From contig JAXLNO010004702.1 in NCBI GenBank assembly GCA_038087875.1, forward strand, positions 1-39,121: a DNA stretch of 39,121 nucleotides, read 5' to 3'. Origin of the DNA: Malacoraja senta. Its lineage: Eukaryota. Within the stretch, counting starts at the first letter, position 1; each line of letters begins with the position of its first letter. The notes under the pieces were generated by a model that did not search any database, was not told the DNA's origin, and was given only the letters and a program-made list of their open reading frames with translations. Of this stretch, positions 21,761 to 33,075 are shown piece by piece. The position numbers and the translations under genes were made by a program.

Positions 21761-22825
21761 TGTTTCAGACATTTACTCCATAACATTTTGATAGAGACAC
21801 GGCCCATCGTCTATATTTAATGTGTCCTAACTGCTGAACACACAGTCATAACAGTTGGCTGGTGATAGTCTCTTTATGGGTTAAGCATTTGATATTCAAC
21901 ACCAGTAATAAGTGGAAGGATTGGATCATCTGTTTTGTTGGGCTGGAATGAGGGAGAAACCATTAGTTTATTTATAGCCTGATCATCTAGAGATGGGATC
22001 TTGATTTAAGCTGGTTGATGGTGACTATGAGGTATTCCCTCAGTAATAATATTGTGTTAATCCAGCATCCCCTCAATATTGGCAACAATCCTCAGAGGGT
22101 GTAGCAATCCCACACAGTGCAACAGCCTTGATGTACTTCCCATCTGCATTGCCTTAACCTTCAGACTGACCTGTTGGCTCTGTAGCATTGCCCATCTGAC
22201 AATGCACTTCTTCCTCTGTTCTTTATGTACGACAGTGCAGAATCTGAGTTCCACCCTTCTGACACAGCAGAACTCCTTTAGTGTTACATCCGCAACAGTA
22301 AAGCTCCCCCCCATAACACTTGAGGTTAGTCCATGCACTCAGTATATAGACCAAGGGTCATTGAGTTACACATCATGGAAACCGGCCCTTCTGCTCACTG
22401 AATCCACATTGATCATCCATTGTGCTAAGATGGAGTCACAGCAAACTGCAGATGCTGCCAATCTGAATTTAAAACAAACAGGAGGAACTCAACGAGTCAG
22501 GCAGCATGCTGTGGAAAAATGGACAGAAAACATATGAGACCAGGACCATTTAGAGTGATGGGGTAGAGTGGAGAAAGCTGGAAAAGAAAAGTAGTCTGTG
22601 TAGGATAGTGTTAATATGCGGGGACCACTGGTCGGTGCGGACTCGGTGGGCCGAAGGGCCTGTTTCCGCGCTGTATCTCTGAGCTAAACCTGCTCCTGTG
22701 CTGTACAGCTCCATGTTGTGTTCTGTTATGCCTGTTTGTACCATGCTGAGAACTGATTTGTAAATTGCCTCTCCCTTCCATCCACTCTCCCCAACACAAA
22801 TCCTCCACCCCTACCTCAGCCCCAG

Positions 22826-23101
22826 CTGTTTGCTTTGTGCAGGGTTTCTGCGGCTGTGAAGTGGACAGTGACAATTCCACTGATGGGTTTGTCAGACTGG
22901 GTTATGATGGGGAGGATGCCTGTGCTTTTGACAAGGACAGAATGCGCTGGATTGCACTACGTCCAGATTTCCAGATGCTAGCAGATCGGTGGAACGTCAA
23001 CACCTTCATGAACAAGTATTTTAAAGATCTCCTGGAGAAGAACTGTGTGAAGTGGCTGCGGATATATCTGGAGTGTGGACAAGAAGCACTACAGAGGAGA
23101 G
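22826..23101 (+). CDS. MHC class I-like exon 3 (alpha2)
   Basis: ccccag|CTGTTTGC...AGAG|gtacac; 276 nt, phase 1-1. Encodes VCFVQGFCGCEV...GYDGED..AFD...RW...RWN...CVKWLRIYLECG with canonical C101/C164. Confidence 0.93.
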
Positions 23102-23199
23102 GTACACGACGTAGGCACTCTGACTGATGGGCCAGAGGATATCCTCTGGATAGATCAGGTGGGAAATATCATGCACTTCAGGCTGTCACTTGAGTAATT

Positions 23200-23492
23200 A
23201 TTTAGTTTAGTTTAGAGATACAGCGCGGAAACCCACCGAGACCGCACCGAGCAGCCATGCCCGCACACTAACACTATCCTACACACACTAGGGACAATTT
23301 GCATTTATACCAATCCAATTAACCTACAAATTTGTACGTCTTTCGAGTGTGAGGGGAAACCGAAGATCTCGGATAAAACCCACGCAGGTCACAGGGAGAA
23401 CGTACAAACTCTGTAAAGACAAGCACCCGTAGTTAGTAACAAACCCAGGTCTCTGGCGCTGTAAGGCAGTAGCTCGACCGCTTCGCCACCCT
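23200..23492 (-). mobile_element. V-SINE (HE1-like)
   Basis: Same family as 6897-7208, with a TTTAG-type tail at the left. Confidence 0.8.
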
Positions 23493-24305
23493 GTTCTACA
23501 ACGTGGGTATCAGTAAATTGTCTGGCAACGTGCCTCTTAGATGGAACCAGTGGGTAGGAAGTGCAAGTGAAAGATAAATATTGTACCAGTGTCCTTTATC
23601 CACAGTCATATAGATATTCAGGAAATGGAGGAATATGTATCTTGGTCTTATGTTTAGCACCGACCTTGTGGCCTGAAGGGTCTGTTGCTGAACTGATCAG
23701 AAACCCAATCAGATTCTCTATTTGCCTCTATTACTCCTTGGGATGGTGACATTCAATTTCCAACAGTTCTCTATTTGAAGAACTTCTTCCTCCCATTCCC
23801 TCTTGGAATATTTAGTGTTATTATTCAGCAGAGATTCATGAACAGGTAGAAGCAATCATGTCTACAGTATCAATCCCAATGGTGAGTTATACTCCTCCAT
23901 TGGGCCTGCATTCCCCTTTCATCTGTGCTGTCAGTTAAAGCCTGGAGCTAAGATAAGGAGCATGTCAGTGATATTAAAGCTAAATGTTTTGTTGTTTTGC
24001 CAGAAATGCAAAATGAAAAGAGAAAAGGCTGTAAACTTTGTGCAAGATAGAACTGCAGATGATGGTTTACACTGAAGATAGAAGATGTTGGTGTAACTCA
24101 GTGGGTCAGATAGCATCTCTGGGCATTCCTTCTCTCCAGAATGCTGCCTGACCTGCTGAGTTATTCCAGCATTTTGGGTCTAGGCTGAAAACTTAGTTCA
24201 GCCAGAGAAAAAACTCTGATTGGGAAAGTGGTGAGTTGCAGTGATCTTACAATTGAAGGCTTTTGTTCATGTCTTCACTGATTCTGACTCTTCTTACACT
24301 TGCAG

Positions 24306-24578
24306 AAACCCCTGAGGTGTTTATTGGGATTAAACGCGATGGGTCGCAATCACTGAGACTCTCCTGCCTTGTCACAGGCTTCTAGCCACGGGCCATCGAT
24401 GTAACGTGGCTGAGAGATGGTGAGGGGGTCCATGAGTCTGAATCCAGTGATCTGTTGCCCAATTGGGATGGGACTTACCAGCTGAAGAATACAATTCAAC
24501 TGAATAGAGAAGATGTGGCAAAATTCTCCTGTTACATCGAACATGCAACTCTGCTGCAGGGAGTCAATGTTCCACAGG
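24306..24578 (+). CDS. MHC class I-like exon 4 (alpha3, C1-set Ig) with in-frame TAG at 24383-24385
   Basis: ttgcag|AAACCCCT...CAGG|gtaagt; 273 nt, phase 1-1. Encodes ETPEVF...LSCLVTGF*PRAIDVTWLRDG...LLPNWDGTYQL...FSCYIEH. Confidence 0.92.
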
Positions 24579-24679
24579 GTAAGTGGCAAGTCAATGAGGC
24601 TGATCACTTGAGACCATAAACCTCCTGGACTGAGATAACAGTCTCAACTCACACTCTTAACTAAGCTGTGGATTTAGAC

Positions 24680-25305
24680 TTTAGGCTTTAGAGATATGCT
24701 GCAGATACAGGCCCCTCAGCTCACTGAGTCCTCGCTGAATAGTGATCAACCCATACATTTACACTAACCTACACAGTACGGACAATTTACAATTTTACCT
24801 AAGCCAAGTAACCTACAAACCTGTATGTCTTTGTAGTGTGGGAGGAAACCAACGCAGTCACAGGGAGAACATAAAATGTCCTTGCAGACAGCACCTGTAG
24901 TCAGGATCAAACCCAGGTCTCTGGTGCAGTAAGGCAGCAGCTCTACCGCTACGCCACTGTGCCACCCATTATTAATTTGTGGTTATCTAATTGCTCATAA
25001 TTATTGATAGTCAATGGAATGTGGTTTTAGTTTAAGAGATACAACGCAGAAACCGGCCCTTCAGCCCACCGAGTCTGCGTCAACCAGCGATCCCTGCACA
25101 CTTACATTATCTTACTTATTAGGGGACAATTTACAATTATACCAAGCCAATTAACCTACAAACCTGTATGTCTTTGGACTGAGTGAGGAAACCGGAGATC
25201 CAGGCAAAACCCACGCAAGTCCCGGGGAGAAGGTACAAAACTCTGTACAGACGGGACCCGTAGTCAGAATTGAACCGGGTCTCTGGCGCTGAAAGGCAGC
25301 AGTTC
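24680..25305 (-). mobile_element. Two tandem V-SINE copies (24680-24966 and 25022-25305)
   Basis: Both carry CCTACAAACCTGTATGTCTTTG...GAGGAAACC and CCGGGTCTCTGG.GC.G motifs. Confidence 0.8.
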
Positions 25306-25772
25306 CACCGAGTGGGCAAAGCAGAGCCAAATGGAATACAGTGTAGCAAGTGTCTGGTTTTACATTTTGGCAGTCGGAATAAAGACATAGACTATTTTCT
25401 AAATGGGGAGAGAATTGAGAAACCTGAGCTACAAAGTGGGAGTACTAGTGCAGGATTCCCAAATAGTTCATTTGCAGATTGAGTCAGTGGTAAGTAAGGC
25501 AAATGCAATGCCAGCATTCATTTCGGGGGGCGTAGAATATAAAAACAATGATATAATGCTGAGGATTTATCGGGCACTGGTGAAGACACATTTGGAATAT
25601 TGTGAGCAGTTTTGGGCTCCATATTAGAAAGGATGTGCTGGCTTTGGAGAGGGTCGAGAGGATGTATGTCCTGGGGATGATTGATTTAACGTATGAGGAG
25701 TGTTTGAAGTCTCTGTGCCTGTGCTCATGGGATTTAGAAGGATGAGGTGGGAATCTCATTGAAACCTACCAG
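25306..25772 (+). mobile_element. CR1 fragment split by the hAT insertion (continues at 29291-~29650)
   Basis: Encodes KANAMPAFISGGVEYKNNDIMLRIYRALVKTHLEYCEQFWAPY. GAAACCTACCAG joins to ATAATGAAATGCCTGG across the insertion. Confidence 0.85.
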
Positions 25773-26454
25773 CAGGGCCGGATTTAGATGAAGAGAGGCC
25801 CTAAGCTGTTCCACTTGTGAGGCCCCCCCCCAATCCCCCACCCCCACGACCAGAGGAAGATGGTCCACCAGATTGACACCGATTTGCAGCCGAGCGTGGC
25901 CAATGAGATAAGGGGCTGGAAAGCTGGGCTTTATTTATTTATTTATTGCCACTGCTAGTGTCGAGTTATTGGCTTAAAACACTATTATTCTGAAATGGAG
26001 GGCAAGGAAAATTACTGAAGTGTTGTTTAGAGACTACAGTGCGTTGTGACAGCATATGTAAGAAAGGCCTATGACAGTGTCAAAAATATTATACACCTTG
26101 CAGGGCTCTCACTTAATTTCTTTTCTCTGTTGTCAGCCGGGCAACCTTGGTAGCTTTTTAAGTTGCCAAATGACAGTTTAGGTGGTTATTTAAGATGGCT
26201 TGCATGACACGTGCGATAATGTGCTCGGACGACCAGTCAGAATTATGCTCAATGAAGCATTCACATATTATTTCTGCTTCAAATAAAGCCACAAACTAAA
26301 CATATTCACCAATCAGGACATGATATATACCACAATGACATGCAGCACAATTATAATACTGTATCTTAACTCTTTTTACACGTTGCAATGAATGCAATTT
26401 CTATTATTTCTTTCCACTTCCAAAAAAAAATGTGGTTGGATTATTCAGCGTATG

Positions 26455-27080
26455 ATCAACCTCGGTGAGACCAAGTGCAGGCTTGGCGATTGCTTCGCAC
26501 AACACCTCCACTCAGTTCGCAATAACCAACCTGATCTCCCGGTGGCTCAGCACTTCAACTCCCCCTCCCATTCCGAATCTGACCTTTCTGTCCTGGGCCT
26601 CCTCCATGGCCAGAGTGAGGCCCACCGCATATTGGAGGGGCAGCACCTCATATTTGCTTGGGTAGTTTACACCCCAGCGCTATGCACATAGGCTTCTCTA
26701 ATTTCAGGTAGTCCTTGCTTTCTCCCTCCTTCCCCTCCCATTCCCAGCTCTCCCACAGCCTACTGTCTCCGTCTCTTCCTTTATTTTTCATGTCATTCCC
26801 CCCCCCCCCCCGACATCAATCTGAAGAAGGGTCTCGACCCGAAACATCGTCTATTCCTTCGCTCCACAGGTGCTGCCTCACCCGCTGATTTTCTACAGCT
26901 TTTTTGTCTACCAATGGGATCCCACAACTGGCCACATCTTCCCATCTCCTCCCCTGTTGGCTTTCCATAGAGACCGCTCCCTCCGTAACTCCCTGGTCAA
27001 TTCGTCCCTTCCCACCCAAACCACCCCCTCTCCTGGCACTTTCCATTGCAACTGCAGGAAATGCTACACTTGGCGTTTTA
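26455..27080 (+). mobile_element. Penelope-like fragments (GIY-YIG remnant, terminal repeat with hammerhead-like motif, ORF piece)
   Basis: LGETKCRLGDCFAQHLHSVRNNQPDLPVAQHFNSPSH; CTGAAGAAGGGTCTCGACCCGAAAC at 26821; DPTTGHIFPSPPLLAFHRDRSLRNSLV. Confidence 0.8.
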
Positions 27081-28925
27081 ATTAAGTTCAAGACAATGGG
27101 GCTGTACATTGGCCATAAGGTTGCTGCCTAAAAGTGCCAGAGACCTGGAATTGATCCTGAATATGGGTGTTGTCTGTTTGGAGTTTGCTCCTTTTCACTT
27201 TGATCGCATGGGTTTTCTTCGGGTGCTCTTGTTTCCTTCCACATTCCAAAGGTGTGCAGGAACCTATTTCAGAACCAACCCTAAACGTAATATTTCCCTT
27301 TTGTCCAGAGATTCTGTCTGACCTGTTGAGTTACTCCAGCTTTGTGTGTCTATCTTCAGTTTAAACCAGCATCTGCAGTTCCTTCCTACACACACGATAC
27401 TATACGATAGAACTTTATTAATCCCAGGAGGGAAATTGTGTGTGTGTGCGTGTGGGTATATATACTATGCACACACACACACACACACATATATATATAC
27501 AATACAATTACAATACAATTTTATTTGTCTTTTGGACAAATTTGTCATTTGGACCCCGTTGAGGTCTAAACGAAATGTCGTTTCTGCAGCCATACATTAC
27601 AAAACGAAGAAGACCCGAGACACAACACAATTTACACATATATCCATCACAGCGCTGTGATGGAAGGCAAAAAAACGTATCTCTCCACTGCACTCCCCCC
27701 CCCACCCCCCCGATGTCAGAGTCAAAGTCAAAGCCCCCGGCGGGCGATGGTGATTATCCCGCGGCCATTAAAGCCACGCCGGTTAATGCAGGGTCGCGCA
27801 CCGCGTCTTGGTGTTAGAGCCCCGGCGCGCGCTCGCAAAGTCCGGCGGCCATTCCAAGCCGCGCGGGGCGGTGATGTAAAGCCCCCCTCCAGGTGCTCTT
27901 CAACCCCGCAACTCGGGCGGGAGAAGTCGCCGCTGCGGATGCCCCGAAAAGCGGTGTCCCACCAGGGGACCCACGGGCTTCCGGTGTTGCCGTCCGCCAG
28001 ACCCGCGGTTGTAGCCTCCGAATCTCCGGGGGTCGGGTAGCAGCAGCGATTGTCTCCACCACAGCTATAAATATACACCGTTTTGTTTTCTCGTTTATAA
28101 CATTGTTTACAGAGTACTATGTTTACATATTCTGTTGTGCTGCTGCAAGTAAGGATTTCATTGTTCTAACTGGGACGTGAGAGAATAAACTCTTGACTCT
28201 TGACTTACTTCGCTAATGTGTGGGAAAGAACTAGTGTACGGGTGATCAATAGTCGGCGTGGACTCGGAGGGCTGAAGGGCCTGTTTCCACGCTGTATCTT
28301 CAAATTAAGCTAAAGACACTAAAACCAGAGGGAGTCTAAAGAAGTGTTTCTACCCGAAACGTCACCCAATTTCTTCTATCCTGAGTTGCTGGCTGCTCCA
28401 TGGAGTTCCCCCGCACAATTAAAGCATGGAATAGTCTTCACCCTACCATAGTTACCCAACCAGACGCAACTAAATTTAAGGTACCTCTTTTTTCCCCAAG
28501 AACCCTTTTTTGCTTAAGTCCAAGTCAAGAGTCAAGAGAGTTTTATTGTCATGTGTCCCAGATAGGACAATGAAATTCTTGCTTGCTGCAGCACAACATA
28601 ATATGTGAACATAATACAGAACAGGAGATAAAAGTTCAGTGTGTTTATATACCATAGACCATATATATACACAATAAATAAACAGATAAAATGCAATAGG
28701 CTGTTATTGTTCAGCCCTCTACCACCTCCAGTTTAAATTCCTTTTAGAATATTTATGGAGGATCAGGAAACCAGAAGCGAGAGTTACTCCAGGGAGATAC
28801 TCCTGATCCAGGGTCAGGGAGTGATTCTGTGTTAGTTTTCAGCGGTTGCGGCGAGGCAGCAATGGCGGCCAAATCTCCCACAATTCAAAGCGAGGGAGAA
28901 AGTGCCCAGCGCCGACCAGTTGCCG

Positions 28926-29030
28926 TGGCAGTGCGCATGCGCAGGGCGGCCGATGACGTGCGGGCTGTGGTTGTGCGCATGTGCAGGGGAGGACGTGCTG
29001 GCTGTCGCAGTGCGCATGTACAAGGCGGCC
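28926..29030. promoter_or_regulatory. Three ~40-bp tandem units each with an NRF1-type site, in a CpG-rich subterminal region of the hAT element
   Basis: TGCGCATGCGCA 28932-28943, TGCGCATGTGCA 28974-28985, TGCGCATGTACA 29011-29022, with GACGTG between them. Confidence 0.55.
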
Positions 29031-30630
29031 GGCCGTGCCGGCGGATGAGGAGCGAGCGGAGAACGGAGACCCGGACACGGAGAGTGACAGACGGAGATAG
29101 AGATAGAGAGGGGGGCCGCCCCGCCCAGAGTTGAACGGCTGGTGTCCTGCCTTGGCCGGAGGCCCCCTATATTTCAGGGCCCCAGGCTTCAGCCTATGAA
29201 GCCTAGTGGTAAATCCGGCTCTGCGAGCCCCTCCTAGATCTCCAGGCCCTAAACTGAAGCTTGTCCATCTTATATGTAAATCCGGCCCTGCCTACCAGAT
29301 AATGAAATGCCTGGTTAGTTGATGGGAAAGGAAGTTTTCAGTAATGGGAGAGTCTAGCACAGCCTCACAATAAAAATACCTACCTTCAATATGGAGATGA
29401 GGAGGAATCTCTTTAGTCACAGGGTGGTGAATCTGTGGAATTCATTGATACAAACAGCTGTGTGGGTCAAGTCATTGCATATTTTTCAAGCAGAGATTGA
29501 TAGGTTCTTGATGAGTACGGGTGACAAAGGTTACAGGGAGAAGGCTAGAGAATGGGATTTAGCGGTAAAAAAATAGATCTGCTATGACTGAATGGTGGAG
29601 TAGACTCAATGGACTTGAAAGGCATAATTCCGCTCCAATATCTTATGGTCAAAATTATTCTTATGTCACCCTTAACTCACCCATCCAAATGTAGGAACAG
29701 TGGAAGCAAGATAGGCTGATCCTGGACAAGGTCTCTTATCTTCTTCCTTGGGCATCTAGCTAATTTTCTGATAGTAGCTAGTTACACAAAAGATGTCTGG
29801 TGCCATATTATCAGGCTGAAGTAGCAGCACCTGTTCTGGAGCTGACTTATTTGTTCCAGACAAGACCTCTGCAAAGATCTTCACACCAGGGCCAAGCTGA
29901 CATGGTTAAGATTGCTGGTCAGTACAAATAGACAGTAGTGTTAATGTCTGTGTGTGCCTATGTGTGTGTGAGACAGTGAGGGGGAGAGAGAGAGAAAGAG
30001 AGAGCATGTGTATGTGAGAAAATTAAACTCAGATATCATTGAAATATCAGCAAAGATTAAAACCTTTGAAGTTTTATCAACTATAAATGGGTTCACTCTT
30101 ATTTGCTATAATAACAATCAACATAAGAAAATGGCCTTGTTGACCTCTACACTGTAAATAGTCATATATTTCTGACGTACTTGATTCTTTAAATTCTTAA
30201 TTAAATGCTGCAGATAAAATCTCAATACCTCAATGCTAATATGAACTTAATGATTTTTCATTGATCATTTTAAGCACATCCATCCTCTGTATAAATACTT
30301 AAATCTAAAACGTTATTACTTTTTAATTAGATATGAACAGTGCTACTTTAATTTAGATAATAAAATCATTATAATGTTGTTATTGATCACTAAATGTTTA
30401 AAATGCACTATACAGTGGCTTGCAAAAGTTTTCATACCCCTTGAACTTTTCCACATTTTGTCACGTTACAACCACAAACGTAAATGTATTTTATTGGGAT
30501 TTTATGTGATAGACCAACACAAAGTGGTGCATAATTGTGAAGTGGAAGGAAAATGATACATGGTTTTCAAATTTTGTTACAAATAAAAAACTGAAAAGTG
30601 TCGCGTGCAAAAGTATTCAGCCCCCCTGAG

Positions 30631-31652
30631 TCAATACTTTGTAGAACCACCTTTCGCTGCAATTACAGCTGCAAGTCTTTTGGGGTATATCTCTACCAGC
30701 TTTGCACATCTAGAGACTGAAATTTTTGCCCATTCTTCTTTGCAAAATAGCTCAAGCTCAGTCAGATTGGATGGAGAGCATCTGTGAACAGCAATTTTCA
30801 AGTCTTGCCAGAGATTCTCAATTGGATTTAGGTCTGGACTTTGACTGGGCCATTCTAACACATGAATACGCTTTGATCTAAACCATTCCATTGTACCTCT
30901 GGCTGTATGTTTAGGGTCGTTGTCCTGCTGGAAGGTGAACTTCCGCCCCGGTCTCAAGTCTTTTGCAGACTCTAACAGGTTTTCTTCCAAGATTGCCCTG
31001 TATTTGGCTCCATCCATCTTCCCCCATCAACTCTGACCAGCTTCCCTGTCCCTGCTGAAGAAAAGCATCCCCACAGCATAATGCTGCCACCACCATGTTT
31101 CACAGTGGGGATGGTGTGTTCAGGGTGATGTGCAGTGTTAGGTTTCCGCCACACATAGCGTTTTGCATTTAGGCCAAAAACTTCAATTTTGGTCTCATCT
31201 GACCAGAGCACCTTCCTCCACATGTTTGCTGTGTCCCCCACATGGCTTGTGGCAAACTGCAAACGGGACTTCTTATGGGCTTTTTTCAACAATGGCTTTC
31301 TTCTTGCCACTCTTCCATAAAGGCCCGATTTGTGGAGTGCACGACTAATAGTTTTCCTGTGGACAGATTCTCCCACCTGAGCTGTGGATCTCTGCAGCTC
31401 CTCCAGAGTTACCATGGGCCTCTTGGCTGCTTCTCTGATCAATGCTCTCCTTGCCCGGCCTGTCAGTTTAGGTGGACGGCCATGTCTTGGTAGGTTTGCA
31501 GTTGTGCCATACTCTTTCCATTTTCGGATGATGGATTGAACAGTGCTCCGTGAGATGTTCAAAGCTTGGGATATTTATTTATAACCTAACCCTGTTTTAA
31601 ACTTCTCCACAACTTTATCCCTGACCTGTCTGGTGTGTTCCTTTGGCTTCAT
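30631..31652 (-). pseudogene. Tc1 transposase (DD34E), inactivated
   Basis: ATG at 31652 (MKPKEHTRQVRDKVVE). [15 protein letters not shown] and [11 protein letters not shown] are present. TAA at 31575-31577 and a frameshift in a G-run near 31020. Confidence 0.92.
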
Positions 31653-31733
31653 GATGTTGTTTGTTCACTAATGTTCTCTAACAAACCTCTGAGGCCTTCA
31701 CAGAACAGCTGTATTTATACTGAGATTAGATTA

Positions 31734-32086
31734 ATAATAATAATAATAATAATGGATGGGATTTATATAGCGCCTTTCTAATACTCGGCGCTTTACATCG
31801 CATTATTCATTCACTCCTCAGTCACACTCAGTGGTGGTGAGCTACTTCTGTAGCCACAGCTGCCCTGGGGCAGACTGACGGAAGCGTGGCTGCTAATCTG
31901 CGCCTACGGCCCCTCCGACCACCACCAATCACTCACACACATTCACACACATTCACACGCAGGCAAAGGTGGGTGAAGTGTCTTGCCCAAGGACACAACG
32001 ACAGTATGCACTCCAAGCGGGATTCGAACCGGCTACCTTCCGGTTGCCAGCCGAACACTTAGCCCATTGCGCCATCTGTCGTCCCG
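31734..32086 (-). mobile_element. tRNA-derived CORE-type SINE (AFC-like) with L2-type 3' stem-loop tail, nested in the Tc1
   Basis: Head has A/B boxes (TGGCGCAATGG, GGTTCGAATCC). CORE-like GTGTCCTTGGGCAAGACACTTCACCC. Tail TGTAAAGCGCC..GAAAGGCGCTATATAAAT plus (ATT)n. TSD AGATTA at 31728-31733 and 32087-32092 (or GAGATTA). Confidence 0.85.
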
Positions 32087-32403
32087 AGATTACACACAAG
32101 TGGACTCTATTTACTAATAAGGTGACTTCTGAAGGCAATTGGTTGCACTGGATTTTATTTAGGGGTATCAGAGTAAAGGGGGCTGAATATTTTCGCACGT
32201 GACACTTTTCAGTTTTTTATTTGTAAAAAAATTTGAAAACCATGTATAATTTTCCTTCCACTTCACAATTATGTGCCACTTTATGTTGGTCTATCACATA
32301 AAATCCCAATAAAATACATTTACGCTTGTGGTTGTAACGTGACAAAATGTGGAAAAGTTCAAGGGGTATGAATACTTTTGCAAGCCACTGTATATGCCAA
32401 CAG

Positions 32404-32537
32404 AGAGGGCAGTGAAAGAAGATATGAAGATTAGGATCGTGACTGGAGCTGTAATTGTTCCTCTCATTCTCCTGGGGATCATCCTTGGAATTGGTTGCTG
32501 GAAGAAGAGGAAAAAGAGAAAACCTTTCAATGAACAG
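32404..32537 (+). CDS. MHC class I-like exon 5 (connecting peptide, TM, basic stop-transfer); may read through to TGA at 32624
   Basis: ccaacag|AGAGG; phase 1 continues the frame ERAVKEDMKIR-IVTGAVIVPLILLGIILGIGCW-KKRKKRKPFNEQ. Candidate donor CAG|GTACCA at 32538. Confidence 0.8.
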
Positions 32538-32591
32538 GTACCAGCTGACAACAGCAGAGACCAGGAGAGGACCATGAAGCACAATCAGCTT

Positions 32592-33075
32592 CCTTTGGGA
32601 TGCAGAGGAGGTCTACCGGAATGATGCCTGGATTAGTGGGGTATTAGCCACAGGGAGAAGTTGGACAGACTGGACAGTTGGATTGTTTTCTCTGGAATGT
32701 CGGGGATTGAGGGGAGACCTGACAGTAATATATCAAACTGGGAGGAGTAGAGATAGGGTAGACCATCAGACTTTTTACCCAGGAAGGAAATATCAAATAA
32801 GAGCAGGTATTGCTTTACAATGAGTGGCAAAGTTAAAAAAAGATGTGCAGGACAAGTGTTTTACGCCAAGGGTGGTGAGTGACTGGAATGTGCTGCTGGA
32901 GGTGGTGGTGGAAGCAGATATGATAGTGGCATTTAAGAGACTTTTAGATAGGCACATGTATATGCAGGGAATGGATGGATATGGATTATGTGCAAGCAGA
33001 TAACAATTGGTCTTGGCATCATGTTCGGCACAAACATTGTGGGTCAAAGGGCCTGTTCTTGTGCTGTACTGTTCT
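32592..33075 (+). mobile_element. CR1 3' fragment
   Basis: GATGCAGAGGAGGTCTACCGGAATGATGCCTGGATT...GAGAAGTTGGACAGACTGG corresponds to the CR1 RVQRRFTRMxPGL region. Confidence 0.75.

Larger units (their letters stand above)
25773..29290. mobile_element. Non-autonomous hAT element, 3518 bp, carrying nested repeats
   Basis: TIRs CAGGGCCGGATTTA (25773) and TAAATCCGGCCCTG (ends 29290). 8-bp TSD CCTACCAG at 25765-25772 and 29291-29298. No transposase ORF inside. Confidence 0.92.
30413..32390 (-). mobile_element. Tc1/mariner element with ~213-bp inverted repeats (IR/DR type)
   Basis: CAGTGGCTTGCAAAAGT... 30413-30625 and its near-perfect inverse at 32178-32390. TA TSD at 30411-30412 and 32391-32392. 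Confidence 0.97.

Noticed and set aside
27657-28180. Overlapping Arg/Pro/Ala-rich ORFs on both strands
   Set aside because: Artefact of a GC-rich interspersed repeat inside the hAT element.
29860-29900. Possible alternative terminal exon (ttgttccag|, DKTSAKIFTPGPS*) giving a soluble isoform
   Set aside because: It has a good acceptor only, with no polyA signal or homology, so it is indistinguishable from chance.
32010-32086. tRNA gene (A and B boxes); likewise the heads of the V-SINEs
   Set aside because: No complete cloverleaf or terminator; these are the Pol III heads of SINEs with body, tail and TSD.
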